Assembly (NCBI GenBank): GCA_964304625.1
Contig: OZ199838.1
Coordinates: forward strand, 13,803,002 to 13,867,001
Source: Kudoa neothunni
Lineage: Eukaryota; Animalia; Cnidaria
Direction: 5' to 3'
DNA: 64,000 nucleotides
Shown piece by piece: positions 52,271 to 64,000 of the stretch (within the stretch, counting starts at the first letter, position 1; each line of letters starts with the position of its first letter). The translations under genes were made by a program, and so were the position numbers. A model generated the notes under the pieces. It saw nothing but the letters and a program-made list of their open reading frames with translations. It had not been told where the DNA came from and did not search any database.

Positions 52271-53922
52271 TCAGAAGCGCTGCTTGAAGAGCGGACAATC
52301 AGAACTTACAAATATAAAATCAACTCTTGGGTCGTGCAATGGAATTCCTCTCATTTGCTCGATTTTGAATACGCCATATTTTATGTTGAGGTTATTGGAG
52401 GAGCTTCCAGACAAATATTCAATAAGAATCAACAGGTATATTTGGAAAAAATACGCATTGTTTTCCTTAATAATAACTTTAAATAAAATTAATAGATGGT
52501 ACCTCTCTGGTTTTGAATTTATCATGTTTTATATAATTTTCTACAGAATTTTGCAAGTCTTTCATATTGTTGTAAAATGGGATAACAGGATTATCAAATT
52601 GATGCTTTATCTATCAAAAATAATGTGCTATATAAATAGAATGAATGAAAATTGGTTACTTCGATACTGTTATAGTTACGAAAGCAAGATAGCAAATACG
52701 TAGCATCAACCTGTTTAATACATGTCTCTTTATTCGAACAGAGACTGGAATCATTAAGAATTGATCTAATCATGGATGGACATTTAGAAAATCTGAAGTT
52801 TCCAAGCACTAGGTATTCTTTGGAGAGAACATTTTCATATTTTTTAGAATCGTAGCAACTGCTGGATTTATCGAATCTGAAATTTTCACGAAGTTTTTTA
52901 CTTATTTCACAGGGATCATTAAGTGTAATAGTTGGATGTGATTCCATATTACTATCTTTTTGAAGTGCTACCTAAAATACGTTGTCGACAACAAAATTCA
53001 TCAGAATCATTAGCAAATTAACAATACCAAAGCTAACTTTAAATAGATGTAGGCTTTTATATTATGCAAACTGTAGCAATAACTACTCTTCACATAAAAT
53101 TTATTGGCCCGGTTTTTGTAACGAAAGATTATCGTGTTTTTTCCACGATTCGTATTTTCGTCTAGAGGTGCAACGAAAATGAGTGAAGAATCGGATAGAT
53201 ATATGCTGAAATGAAATTCATATTTCTTGAAGTAAAAATTAATAAGTTTTTACAGATAATTGATCTACTTGTAAATCTGCAGACGTTGAGTAAGACAGAT
53301 AGTATAGGAAAGCTTCACAGGTTTGACTAACTGCTATAATCTCATGATTGATACTCATTTCTGTGCTTATTTTGTGTAGTATTGTTTCCATAATGTTTTT
53401 ATTCCAATTAAAGGGCCATTTTCTAAATTACAAATAGAATACTGATCATACAAAAATTTATTAAACTTTGAATCTTTCATAAATTCAAAATCCGGCAACC
53501 ATATTAATGGATTATAGCCAGGACTGAAGTACTCCACGCCAAGAAACGATATGCTATCCTTGATACATGCTTTAAAATTCTCATAGACAAGGCTGAGTTT
53601 GTCAGTTAGAGGATTCATAGCTAATGTTTGGTTTAAATTGGAAATCAGATTCTCAATTCACATACGTTCGCACACCCAAACAATCATATTATTTAACACA
53701 ACAGAATCGCTTCCAGAGAATTTTGTCAACGAATACGAATGCATATTAAACATACCGTCTCCCATAATTACAGCCAATCCACTCTAAATTCATTTAGTAT
53801 TGAACTAATGCATTTGATTATTTTTGTACTATTTTCTCTTCGTTGTTAGGATTCGAGAAGGAGGGATATGAATTGAATAGAAATAACAATGTACAATGAA
53901 GAAACGTTGAGTAGACATGCAT
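52271..53922 (-). CDS. Secreted, highly divergent GDA1/CD39 (NTPDase/apyrase)-like protein, multi-exon
   Basis: Signal-peptide-like MHVYSTFLHCTLLFLFNSYPSFS; exons join in frame. Segment order resembles ACR1-ACR4 plus NDPC, LGNFRFSKC and Cys pattern, but the catalytic motifs are degenerate. Confidence 0.55.
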
Positions 53923-55046
53923 GCCAATTATAAGACTTACTCTTAAAGGCGAAGATGAGATGTGAAAAGGTCAAAATGTTTACATCTATAGTTAAATCCA
54001 TTAGTAAGTCAATAAATTATTGGAGGAAAGTCATTATTATTCACAATTTTATATTATGTAATATAAAATTAAATATTTAGTTTAATAATACATGCAAGCC
54101 ACCATTTCAAATCGTTTATTTTTTAAGGTGTAAATTATAAATATTTATTTTCACGTTTTTATAATAATTATTTTTATTTTCGCACGTTGTTTTAGAAAAC
54201 ATTACAAATACAAAACTGATTACGCTAAATAAACTGGTTAACAGTTATTTTTCATTATCGTAAAACTCCTATTGTTAATAAAGTCGTCCTCAAACTAAGT
54301 TAATCATGTAAAATTTTATATTTCAATATAAACTCGATTTATAATTTAATTGGGCATTGTTATAAGAACGTTAAAATTATAAATTGCACTTTATTTGCAA
54401 CGTTAATAGGATTAAACGTAACATAAATAAATAAAGCTACAAATCATCATCCTTTAATACGCTTGAACAGATTTCATAAAATAACGCATTATGTTTAGTT
54501 CGATTCGATATATACACCTAACTGCTTTAGGAATTTACGTATGATGGAACGCGCTAATAATTTTTCCCCCTTAATAACACAAAAAATGTTATTGTAGGAA
54601 CGCTGATTATAAATAATTAAATATAATAAATGTTAAGAATCAAAATGAGAGGTCATCTCTGATATAATGTTAAAACCCATATTCAAAGTTAATTCGTAAG
54701 ATAAATAACAATAATCTACTTATACAAATTTATTGAGTTGACACACACTTCTTCATTTATTTTTAATTTTGTCGTTACAGTAAACAAAGGGTACAGTGGT
54801 AAAAAATACGTCTTTCACCGATCGTCTATATTCTTTTTATAGAAATTCTACCTAGAAAAACCTTTATTAAATGATAAGTTTGACTAAAAAATTAAAATAC
54901 TCATAGTTATTAATATGAATCGTGCTTACATTAAATATCATAATGAACACGCGATGATAACAATTTAAGCCCTAATTTAAATCTGTCTTAAATATAAAAA
55001 ATTTTAACTTTAATTACAAAAATAACAAAAAAATTAGAGTATAGTT

Positions 55047-55146
55047 TAACCCCCTAAGGATTTTGGGGTGAAATTCACCCCAAACAAGTTTTAATCCAAC
55101 CATACATTCTTTTTTTGTTCTTAAATGCGTATGAAATTATTTCTAT
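55047..55146 (+). mobile_element. Left end of a piggyBac-type element into which the BEL element inserted
   Basis: TTAA+CCCCCTAAGGA and palindrome ttggggtgaaattcaccccaa, like the termini at 40731. Confidence 0.55.
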
Positions 55147-58100
55147 TGTGACGAATTATCGTTGTTTATTAAACACAAAACCACGCTAATTGATAATATA
55201 TAAGTCAGTTACAATCGTTCTCTCTCTCAGCGCGCATTAAATTAATAACATGGTGCCGAAGGGGAAAGTAGAATTGGAAACTCTGTTGTCTTCAGTTGAG
55301 AAAAAAATCAATCGGTTGGCTACGAAAATTCAGACCCACTTGGATGGAGAGGTGCATGCAGTTGAATTGACAAAATTCTGCAAACAACTGAGCTGTATTC
55401 TTGATATTTACAAAGAATATGTTCCAAACTCTAATAATGATGGAAACACTACAGACTTGTCTGAATGTGGTAATATTATAATAAAGACAGAACTACTGCT
55501 GAGAAAAGCCAAAGAGCTCCTACAGGCTGGACCTCAACCTGAATTTAACTCGGTCTCAAACAAAGTTGAGCAATATAGCCTTGATCAAAATGACGTATTC
55601 GCATCAACAAAAATCTCTAAGCCACACGTACGATTACCTTCAATAAAACTGGAAAATTTTGGAGGTTCCTTGGAAAGATGGCATCAGTATTGGGGAAATT
55701 TTCAATTCCTAGTTGGAAACGACTGCAGCCTAGATGAATATACTAAATTCGTCCATCTGAAATCTAACTTGTTTGGTTAACCTAAAAGACTCATAAGTGA
55801 GTTACCGACGGAATCACGAAATTATGCTCTTGCGATTAAAATCCTTAGTGCCAAATACGACAGATAAGACAATCTCGCAACAAATCTGTACGAAAAACTG
55901 AGGATGTTAGAGGTTGCCTCTAACTCCACTATTAGTCTACGGAGAGTCTTCAATGCGATATTTACCGCTGTAAAAAAGTTAAAGTCTTTAGATCTAAATA
56001 TGTCTGAGACATATTTGATACTACTGCTACTCTCAAAATTACCAAAGACTTTTAGACTCAAACTAGAAGAAAGCAAAATGGGCAAGGAATGATCTCTTGA
56101 GTTACTAGAGCAAACCATAGACACAATTATTACGGCTAGAGAAAGATCAGGACGGGAAACTACCGAACGAGCCCCTCCAATATCATTTCAAACACCAACG
56201 TTGGCATCGAATAAACAAATACCAACTGGATTAAAGTGTGCTTTCTGCATGGGTCATCATTATAATGACGACTGTGTAAAGTATGCTACTACCACGGAGA
56301 GATCGGAAAAACTAGGGAAAGCTTGCATGAAATGTTTTAAACTCCACAATTAAAAATATTGTAACGCCACGAAACCATGCTATTATTGAAAATCTCTGGG
56401 TCATCAACGCAGTCTGCCCAAAAAGACTCCGAATGAGGCAAAACAACGTACTCGTAGTTCATTCAAACCCCCAAGAAAATTAAAATCGTGATAATGTTTC
56501 CTTGAATCAAAATATTGGAGATATTCAATTATATTCTTCTAAATCATATAAAGAGGTCACCACCGCATTTATTCCTACGCTCAGAGCAACACTTATTAAT
56601 CCATACAATTCTGAACTTATTATGACTGCTAACATAATATTGGATTCTGGTAGTGCTTCTAGCTACATAACAGAAGATATATACAAAAAATGGATTTAAA
56701 GCCGGTATCAAAAGGTAATGTTATTGTGTCAACCTTCGGCTCAAACTCTCCGAAATCTATCAAATCTTCTACAGTTTTGGTAGGTATCAGCAAACCAGAT
56801 GATACGACTTATGAATTAAGGGCCAGAACTGTGCCTATGATTTCGTCGAAAATAAAGGTCCCAAGTTTTAGAAAACATAATCAAAAAAATCTCGTCTAAG
56901 GAGGCTTTCGCAGAAAGAATCTCACCGCATTTGGAGGCTACCATCGATCTGCTAATAGGATCTGACTATTTTTGGGATATTTTTGTTACAAAGTTGGGGA
57001 ATTTGGACGGATCGCTTAACAGGATAAAAACTATTTTTTGTGTGATACCTTGTGACGTTTTTAGAAAGAATCTTGTAACGTATTCTTTATCAATTATTTT
57101 TTAAAAAATATGTTTCAGAGATTGCTGAGGAAGCTGATGTGAAACATCCGAAGCATGAATTAGCCCAGTTATGACCACTTGACACAATTGGAATATCTGA
57201 TGATCCTCGATGTGATGAACATAGAATGGCAACTGAACATCTCAAAAATAACCTAAAGTTCCATAGCGATAGGTATTACATCAAATGGCCAGTGAACTCA
57301 GATATCCAAAAACTACCGCACAACTACTTCAATTGTCTCGGACACTTGAAGAGGCTAACGAAAATGTTGTTGGACTCTGATGGATTGTTCAAACTCTATG
57401 GTGATATCCTAAATGATCAATTAAATAAAGACGTTATTTAAATTGTTGATGAAACGAAACCTAGTTTAGAAGGTTGTCATTGCTTACCTCATCATATGGT
57501 GTGTCCAATTAATAAACCATCAAAAAAAGTAGAATAATGTTCAATGCCTCCTATAAGACTAAAAAAACTCAAAAAGTCTAAATGATTGCCTAATGGATGG
57601 TCCAATGTTACTAAATGATCTGACTGAAATTTTGCTAAGAACGCGATTCAAAAAATACCCCATGATATATGATATTGAAAAGGCGTTTCTACAAATCAGC
57701 ATCCACCAAGACCACCGTAATCTTGTTAGATTCTTATGGATTAAAGATCCTCAAAAATCTGCTTCTGGAAAGAACACTATAATATTTCGATTTAAAAGAG
57801 TCCCATTTGAAATAAAATCGTCACCATTTATACTCTGCTCAACATTAAAACATCACTTAGAAACCTCAGATTCAAAACTTGTCAAGGAAATCTTGTCACA
57901 TGTTTATATGGATATTTTTGTCGTTGGATTTGACACGTTTAAAGACGTAACAAATGCGAAAAGCGTAATGACCAACTTGTCGAAAAAATGTTCTATGAAA
58001 TTATTGGAATGGAAATCCAACTGCATCGAATTCAATGAATTACTGATGGAAGAAAAAACCTTAAAAAATAATCGAATAAACTAGCTTGGCTTGATCTGGA

Positions 58101-59569
58101 ATATAGAATCCGATAGTCTGCAAATAAAAAACCCAACTGCGACCAATTTATTCTCCAAAAGAGATGTTACAAAGTGCCTGACTAAAGTATTCAATCCACT
58201 TGGATACTTTAGTCCTGCATTACTTGGAGGGAAAATACTGTTAAAAAAATTTATGGAGAAAATCCAAACAATGGGATGAATTTATTGGTGAGGAAAGTAT
58301 AAATGAAATGGAGGCACTATCGCAGGATATAAGTAACATCGAAAATGTCAAAATCGAACGTTTTATTGATACCTTCAACGCGAAAGAATGTCAATTAGTT
58401 GCATTTTATGATGCATCTACATTCGTTATAGGAAGTCGGACGTCTAGTTTTCAAAATTGCTTTTTGCTAAATCTAGAATCGCCCCAATGAAAAATCTCAC
58501 CATATCACGACTAGAACTAATGGGTGCTCTTATTGCTATTCGTTCATTACGCTTTGTGGTGAATCAACTGAAAACAAGTATATCAAAAATCCTTCTCTTC
58601 ACTTACTCAAAATGCGTGATATACTGGTATCATTCAATGAACAATTTGTCAGTATTTGTCAAAAATCGAATAAACGAACTTAAACAACATGAAGGCCTGT
58701 TACTAAAATATGTTAATATTCAAGAAAATCCTACAGACATCCCAACCAGGAGAATGCCCGTTGCCAAACTGTCGAAATGTCCTCTTTGATGGAATGGACC
58801 TAATTGATTACGGTGTAATGAGTCATCATGGAAAACTTACGAAATGGACAACGCTAATGCCCCAAAAGACGCAATAGCAGAACTTACCAAAAATAATTAT
58901 CCATATCTTCAATTGCTAACCGTTCGAAATTAAACTGGTTCCACAATTAAAATAACTCCATTTTCGATAGTTGCTGAAAACTTCACTGATCTAAATAAAT
59001 TGCTGAGAGCTACTGCATGGTATAATAGATTTTGTCATTACGTCAGGTGGAGGCACAAAACGGTCTGGTTATCCGAATCCAAGTGAATTGGAGCAAGTTA
59101 GAACAATGTGGGATTCACAAATTCAAAAAGTTATCTGTCTGAAATCTATTATAATCTCAAAAATGGAGTTCCTATAAAAATAAATAATTTGCCAAGACTG
59201 TTCCTCGACATAAACGATGTAATTGGATGTGGGGGCTGCCTAGAGCTGGCCCAACTTACATATGATGAAGCATGTCCGAAGCTATTACCAAGAGAGTCAA
59301 GATACGCTGAACTTATTATTATGGATTCTCATATTAGAACAATTCATAGCGGTGCATCATATACTCTTGCAAAAATTCGATCGCAATGTTGTATCCCCAA
59401 AGGTAGATCACAGGTTAAGATCATTGAATCATGCCGCCAATGCAAAATCCTCAAATCCAAACCATATGGAGTCCCACCTTCTCCGCCGTAGCCTAGTGCT
59501 AGAGTTAATGTATCAACTGCATTCACTCACGTCAGAATTGATTATTTTGGACCAGTTACGGTCAAAACC
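55147..59569 (+). mobile_element. BEL/Pao LTR retrotransposon, decayed, truncated within integrase
   Basis: Short TG...CA LTR 55147-55250; PBS TGGTGCCGAA. Gag DUF1759 (LPSIKLENFGG..W..YW), Zn knuckles, protease ILDSGS, RT (DIEKAFLQ, RVPF..SSPF), RNase H (AKSRIAP, RLELMGA, NP.D), integrase HSG..C..C, IDYFGP. Confidence 0.93.
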
Positions 59570-59974
59570 GGCTCAGAACCATGAGGTAATGGATTCGGAT
59601 CCGTCGATGGTCAGACTACTGCTTCCGTGTCGGTGGATCTTTATCCCATATTTGGGAGCTGTGGTTAAAGTGTACGTTCGCTGTGGAGTGGGGTGGGCGT
59701 GAATAGGAGTTTGAATCTCCGGAACCCATCGAAAGGCAGGTAAATTGCAACCCCACAGAGCCAACGTCCTTAAAGGGATAGGGTTTGGGGTGGTGGTCGT
59801 CCTGAGACGAGGATGTTTAATGGGTTAAAGCCCCACAATACCGCATAAAGATAAGGCGTAGGGTTTCATGTTACGTCCGGTGGTGCCTAAAGCGTTAATG
59901 GAGGAAGTCTGACCAACCAGAATTCCACAACCTAATAAGTTGCGTCAGGGGTTTTACTTTGTAAACAAAAAAAA
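59570..59974 (+). mobile_element. SINE-like retroposon (copy B), partial tRNA-like head, tail shared with copy A
   Basis: Head gctcagaaccatgaggtaatggattcggatcc resembles tRNA anticodon/T arms; 59778-59966 aligns with 5560-5750; ends TGTAAAC(A)8. Confidence 0.75.
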
Positions 59975-60414
59975 GTACACAATACATTCTTGTACATTAT
60001 TAGAAAATTTAAACTTTGTTTCGAAATACATCATGAACTATGAAGTAACTAATTGCGTGTATATTGATCTTTACTGGACATTAAGTATGAGTGGGTGTTC
60101 GTGCCAAAACATTGCGATAATACGATGAGAAATTTAAATTTAAAATCTGAAGACGTAATTATAGAACCAGAAGAAAATTAAAAACATTAGTAGATTCTAT
60201 TTTTGTTGTACTCTAAACTTGCATTTTTTGACCGTCCATCCTTGGGCCTTTTTAAACTCCGCTGGCGACCCCGTGGGTGCAACATTTGAGCATGCGCGCA
60301 AATTGATAGGTGTGCGGGTTCCTGGCGAAGTTGAGGATAATTGTGAAGTTTCAACCAATTGAAAAGTGTATTTATAATATGTTTGTTTATTTAAAGCAAG
60401 TAAAACAAATCTAG

Positions 60415-61219
60415 ATGTCATCTAATGTTGACAATGAGGAGTTTGATGAGGTTAATAATGAAAATGTCGAGATGGAAACTTTACAATATCCGTTACCACC
60501 CTTTGAGTTGTATTCAAAGTATACCAACGAAAGCGTAGCCATGGGTACAACGCCATTACCACCCAAACCACCACAATCGTCTTACAGTTGTTTTGGAGTT
60601 GAAATTAGTGTAATAAACTGAAAAAGTCAATCAAAAATAGAATGGTAAATTTTTTTATTAAGCCGGATCAGCCCATGCTTCAACCTTTGCAGCAGCAAGG
60701 GATAGTATCGTTGGCTGATATGGATCCTGAAATGGATTCAAGAGAAGTCATGGAGAAAATTGTGGACTCATTGTTGTGTATTTATACTAAGTTATTGAAG
60801 TCATTGTCCGAATTGCAACCTCACACAGTTGTAATCAATGATACTACCACTTATTGCTGGATAATATGTCACAAAATTTAGATTGATGAAATGCTACATC
60901 AGATAGAAACATTGTTTATCAATTTGCATGATTTGATCAACAAAAAGCGCAGCCATCAGGTAATCTAGATTATTTGTTGGATGACAATGAACTTGTTTAG
61001 TTTTACGAAACGTCCAGACATCACATTTATGATAGCTATCAAAAGGACAAAGCAGCAGTGCAACAAATTGAGGAGTAGCCATATTGTTGGACTGTTCCCG
61101 TGGAAATAAACTGAAAATAATTTAGAACAGTCAACGGTATATGCGACGTTTATAGGGAGATGATTGACGCCATAACGAACTATGAGGACATTGTAAAAAA
61201 AACAAAATCAACTTTATAA
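60415..61219 (+). CDS. MED7: Mediator complex subunit 7, five exons
   Basis: YPLPPFELYSKYT, PLPPKPPQSSYSCFG, LQPLQQQGI, IETLFINLHDLINKKRSHQ (Med7 signature); four short GT-AG introns; TAA at 61217-61219. Confidence 0.9.
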
Positions 61220-61303
61220 CTATTATAATCAATCATATATGCGAGTTCATTGTATTTGTGGGTTGTTTTATATTTTGAGCGTAGCTTATTACAATTGCCT
61301 CAA

Positions 61304-61826
61304 TCAGTGATGTTTCTCATACTGAAACAATGACCATTTATTTTCTATTGTAATAATGGTTGAAATTTGAAGTAGACCTGCTGCATTGTTATGTTTTTCT
61401 CTATAATGCATAAAGTTATAAACGAGCAATGACCGCCTTGTTAGGTTACTGATAATGGAAAGTAATTTTTCCAGTAAAAACACGCAGGAAAAACCAACGT
61501 TGTTGAAAATGATATCGTTCCTATTCACAGAAGCGTTCGCTAGGTGTTCACATAAGGAAAATAGAGCTTGTTCCTGATCTAAATTGTTTTTGAGCTGCTA
61601 AGTTGGCATAACATGGCGAATAATTACTTTGCTCTGTTAAAAATTGAATCAAAATAACAAATGTGTCATAGAAGGGCTGTTTCAATTTGAGGGTAATGAA
61701 TACATCCAACTGATTCTAATGGATGTAATTATAGCTACCAAATAATTGAACAGCACATATTACCAGCAAGAATGATGTGCATCCAACAACAACGGAACTA
61801 TCTGAGTGGTCTTTAGTTGTGAGGCT
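61304..61826 (-). CDS. 3' exons of an unknown gene convergent with MED7
   Basis: Several AG/GT-bounded exon-like segments ending ...LFQYEKHH* at 61304; 5' end unresolved. Confidence 0.45.
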
Positions 61827-62304
61827 AAAAAATATAATCCATGTATTAAAAATGCAATTTATGCGTAATATGTGTGGGATAATTTGTCAAGTAAGATTAC
61901 GACAAAAATGAGCATTTTTTAAAAAATAATTCTATGTTACCAAACTCAAGTAAATTCACTTAGAGTTAAACTTTACAATAAAAAATTCAATTTACGCATT
62001 TATGATAAGTAGAATGAATCATATTAGAGTCAATATTAGTCATGCATTATTTAAAGCTCAATCGGATGAGTAAATAAGGAGGAAATTTTTGACGCCTTTC
62101 GCTTAACTTGGTTTAATTTCGCGATATCTGTCATACTCTTTATATCTATATTGAATTTGTTCACAAAAATTGACTAATTAAATGAAATGTATGCTATGCA
62201 CTTTATTATCACTTATATCGCCTCACGCTTGTGTATCTAACGAAATGCTTTCAAACATCTTTTAACGAAATAACAGATAAAAAATAAAATTTAATCATCA
62301 AAAC

Positions 62305-62873
62305 CAGGGGATCTCAACCCGGAATAAATTTTCAATGACATGGGATAAATTAAGTGACATTAAAGTCGGATATAGGAAATTTTTACATAATGCGGTTTGT
62401 GAAATACTTAAGGATTTCTAAGGAACTATATTATTTAGAGCCACTAAACTCAATAAGAAGTTGCCACGAATACTTCAAATGTTTTTAATAAATGGTATTT
62501 AACAACCATTAATAAAGCCATTATCAATTTCTTTTTTATCTCGTCTCCCTTTTAGAGATGTAGCCTAATAATAAAAATACTTAAAGTGGCTATTTTCACA
62601 GTAAATAATATTCGGGCATCAATAATTTAATTAAGCTAAGTCTAAAAAATAAATCTGTAGACAGTATGTGAACAAAAGTTGATGCGATTAAAAAATGTCA
62701 TTATGCAAGGGTACGTGTCCTTTAGGACCAGAATGTGCTCCTCGTATAGCCTCTGCTATAGCTAAGTGAGTAAAAACCTTGTGGTAAATAAGAATTCGGA
62801 TTCTATGTTAGGGAGTAAATTTGATTTTTCACCAAGCCGAAGGGAAATTTAAAAAAACGGTTGAGAACCCCTG
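62305..62873. mobile_element. hAT-type MITE (CAGGG...CCCTG)
   Basis: TIRs CAGGGGATCTCAACC / GGTTGAGAACCCCTG; degenerate 8-bp flanks atcaaaac/atctagag. Confidence 0.7.
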
Positions 62874-63009
62874 ATCTAGAGAATACAGTAAGAATCCAAT
62901 TTCATGTAATTGAGTGCGTAATTATTTCAGAAAAAATTGACTTTTAATAATGATTAAGTTGTGTTTAAAAAGGCCAGTTAACTATATATTAATTTTTAAA
63001 AGATAATTA

Positions 63010-63690
63010 AAACTCGAGAAGCGTGTTAACAGCACAAAAATATTTTTCAATGATCTATGAAATACTTCCCCTGTTTCTATCGATAGAATAAGGCAGTTTC
63101 GTCTACACTGTAAATAAAATTTTCAGAGTATCTTTTAAAAAATGTTCTGATTTAATTGGTCTACTCTGAAATAGTTTCGGGCGTAACATCAACAGATTAA
63201 TTGATAAAATTTTACTTTTAAATGTTGGACCTTATTTTAAAATAGCGAACCTTCCACAAATTTCAGATGAAGGTAAACCTTTTTCTTCGGCAAATTAATT
63301 TCTCTTGATGATTACAAAAACATTTATAAGTTTTGATTATTTTATTTTTCATCTCTAGGATGCCATTAGGATTCGAGATAATAGATATTTTAAAACGTGA
63401 TATAGTGGCAGTTTTTGGGTTATTAGATTGGAGACTTTCATAATAATAAGTAATATTGTACTGCTCAGCAATAGGAATAGTTATAGAAGTATTTTGGCAT
63501 TAAATATTGACTTAACTAAATAATAAACGAGAAGTAACTGAAAAAGTGATGAAATTGTCGATCACGTGACTTTTAGTTCCATTATTTAATAACTTTTATA
63601 AAAATTCGAATTGAAATATTATAAGAAACATATATAAAAAATGGCCAATAAATATTATCACTAAAAAGATTTTTAAAAGTGCATGAACAT
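63010..63690 (-). mobile_element. Decayed pogo/Tigger remnant, copy 2 of 43075-43820
   Basis: Long collinear similarity, e.g. tgtaaataaaattttcagagtatcttttaaaaaatgttctgattt occurs in both copies. Confidence 0.75.
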
Positions 63691-64000
63691 AATTGAATTA
63701 TGTATCGCTTTTAAAGACAAAACGCGAAAAGTTTTATACCCAACAAATATGAAAATAACTGTAATTTCATTAAATAGAATATTTAAAATTAATATACTTT
63801 AAAAAATGTTGAGTTTAATTCTTTTCATGAATTAACCGAAAGTACTAGTGTAATTTTTCAGGAATGGTTTTTGAGAGATTTTTTAGTACAAAATGATTTT
63901 GGCTCCTAACGGCGCGGAAAAGATCGTACTAATTTGTAGTGAAACAGGAAAATAATTTCGAGACAAATCAATAACTATGAAAATATGGCGTGAAAAAATA

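Noticed and set aside
53340-53375. Non-canonical AT-AG intron after ...KQYYTK* in the NTPDase-like gene
   Set aside because: A canonical upstream intron (gtttaat..aatttag, ~53424-53467) shifts to an open frame KWPFNWNKNIMETILHKI, so no unusual donor is needed.
55250-59570. UGA=Trp genetic-code reassignment, suggested by TGA at many Trp positions in TEs
   Set aside because: TAG also occurs at Trp positions, the same elements have frameshifts, and the confidently spliced host exons use TGG with no in-frame TGA. G>A decay explains the pattern.
63010-63690. Segmental duplication of a host gene (similarity to 43075-43820)
   Set aside because: Translation shows pogo/Tigger HTH and NVDET remnants, so these are dispersed TE copies.
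1-64000. CRISPR array, prokaryotic operon or phage/defence system
   Set aside because: No regularly spaced direct repeats. Genes contain spliceosomal introns, and the IS-like transposases are the eukaryotic Merlin and Tc1 relatives.

Overview
Strongly AT-rich eukaryotic nuclear DNA. It holds compact host genes with short (mostly ~35-70 nt) GT-AG introns, separated by dense, nested, decayed transposable elements. The highly divergent proteins, tiny introns and TE repertoire would fit a reduced parasitic animal such as a myxozoan, but that is inference only. Host genes I can support: an SLC38/AAAP-type amino acid transporter (+, ~1.5-4.1 kb), a C1+RhoGAP gene (-, ~11.5-13.1 kb), MIC60/mitofilin (-, 16.1-18.5 kb), a small multi-TM orphan (-, 21.1-21.9 kb), a mitochondrial carrier (-, 35.0-36.0 kb), a secreted and highly divergent GDA1/CD39-like protein (-, 52.3-53.9 kb), MED7 (+, 60.4-61.2 kb) and several orphan or partial genes. 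TEs: piggyBac, MULE, hAT and hAT MITEs, Merlin/IS1595-like, Tc1/IS630-like, pogo/Tigger, non-autonomous Helitron, a BEL/Pao LTR retrotransposon, a LINE remnant and two tRNA-headed SINE-like elements. Most notable: (1) transposases of three unrelated superfamilies (Merlin, hAT, Tc1-like) are split by host-style mini-introns, including a 16-nt micro-exon; (2) two SINE-like elements with unrelated middles share a ~190-nt tail that appears to be structured RNA; (3) an NTPDase-fold protein that appears to lack its catalytic motifs; (4) two independent MULE-into-piggyBac insertions. All gene models were read by eye and their boundaries are approximate.
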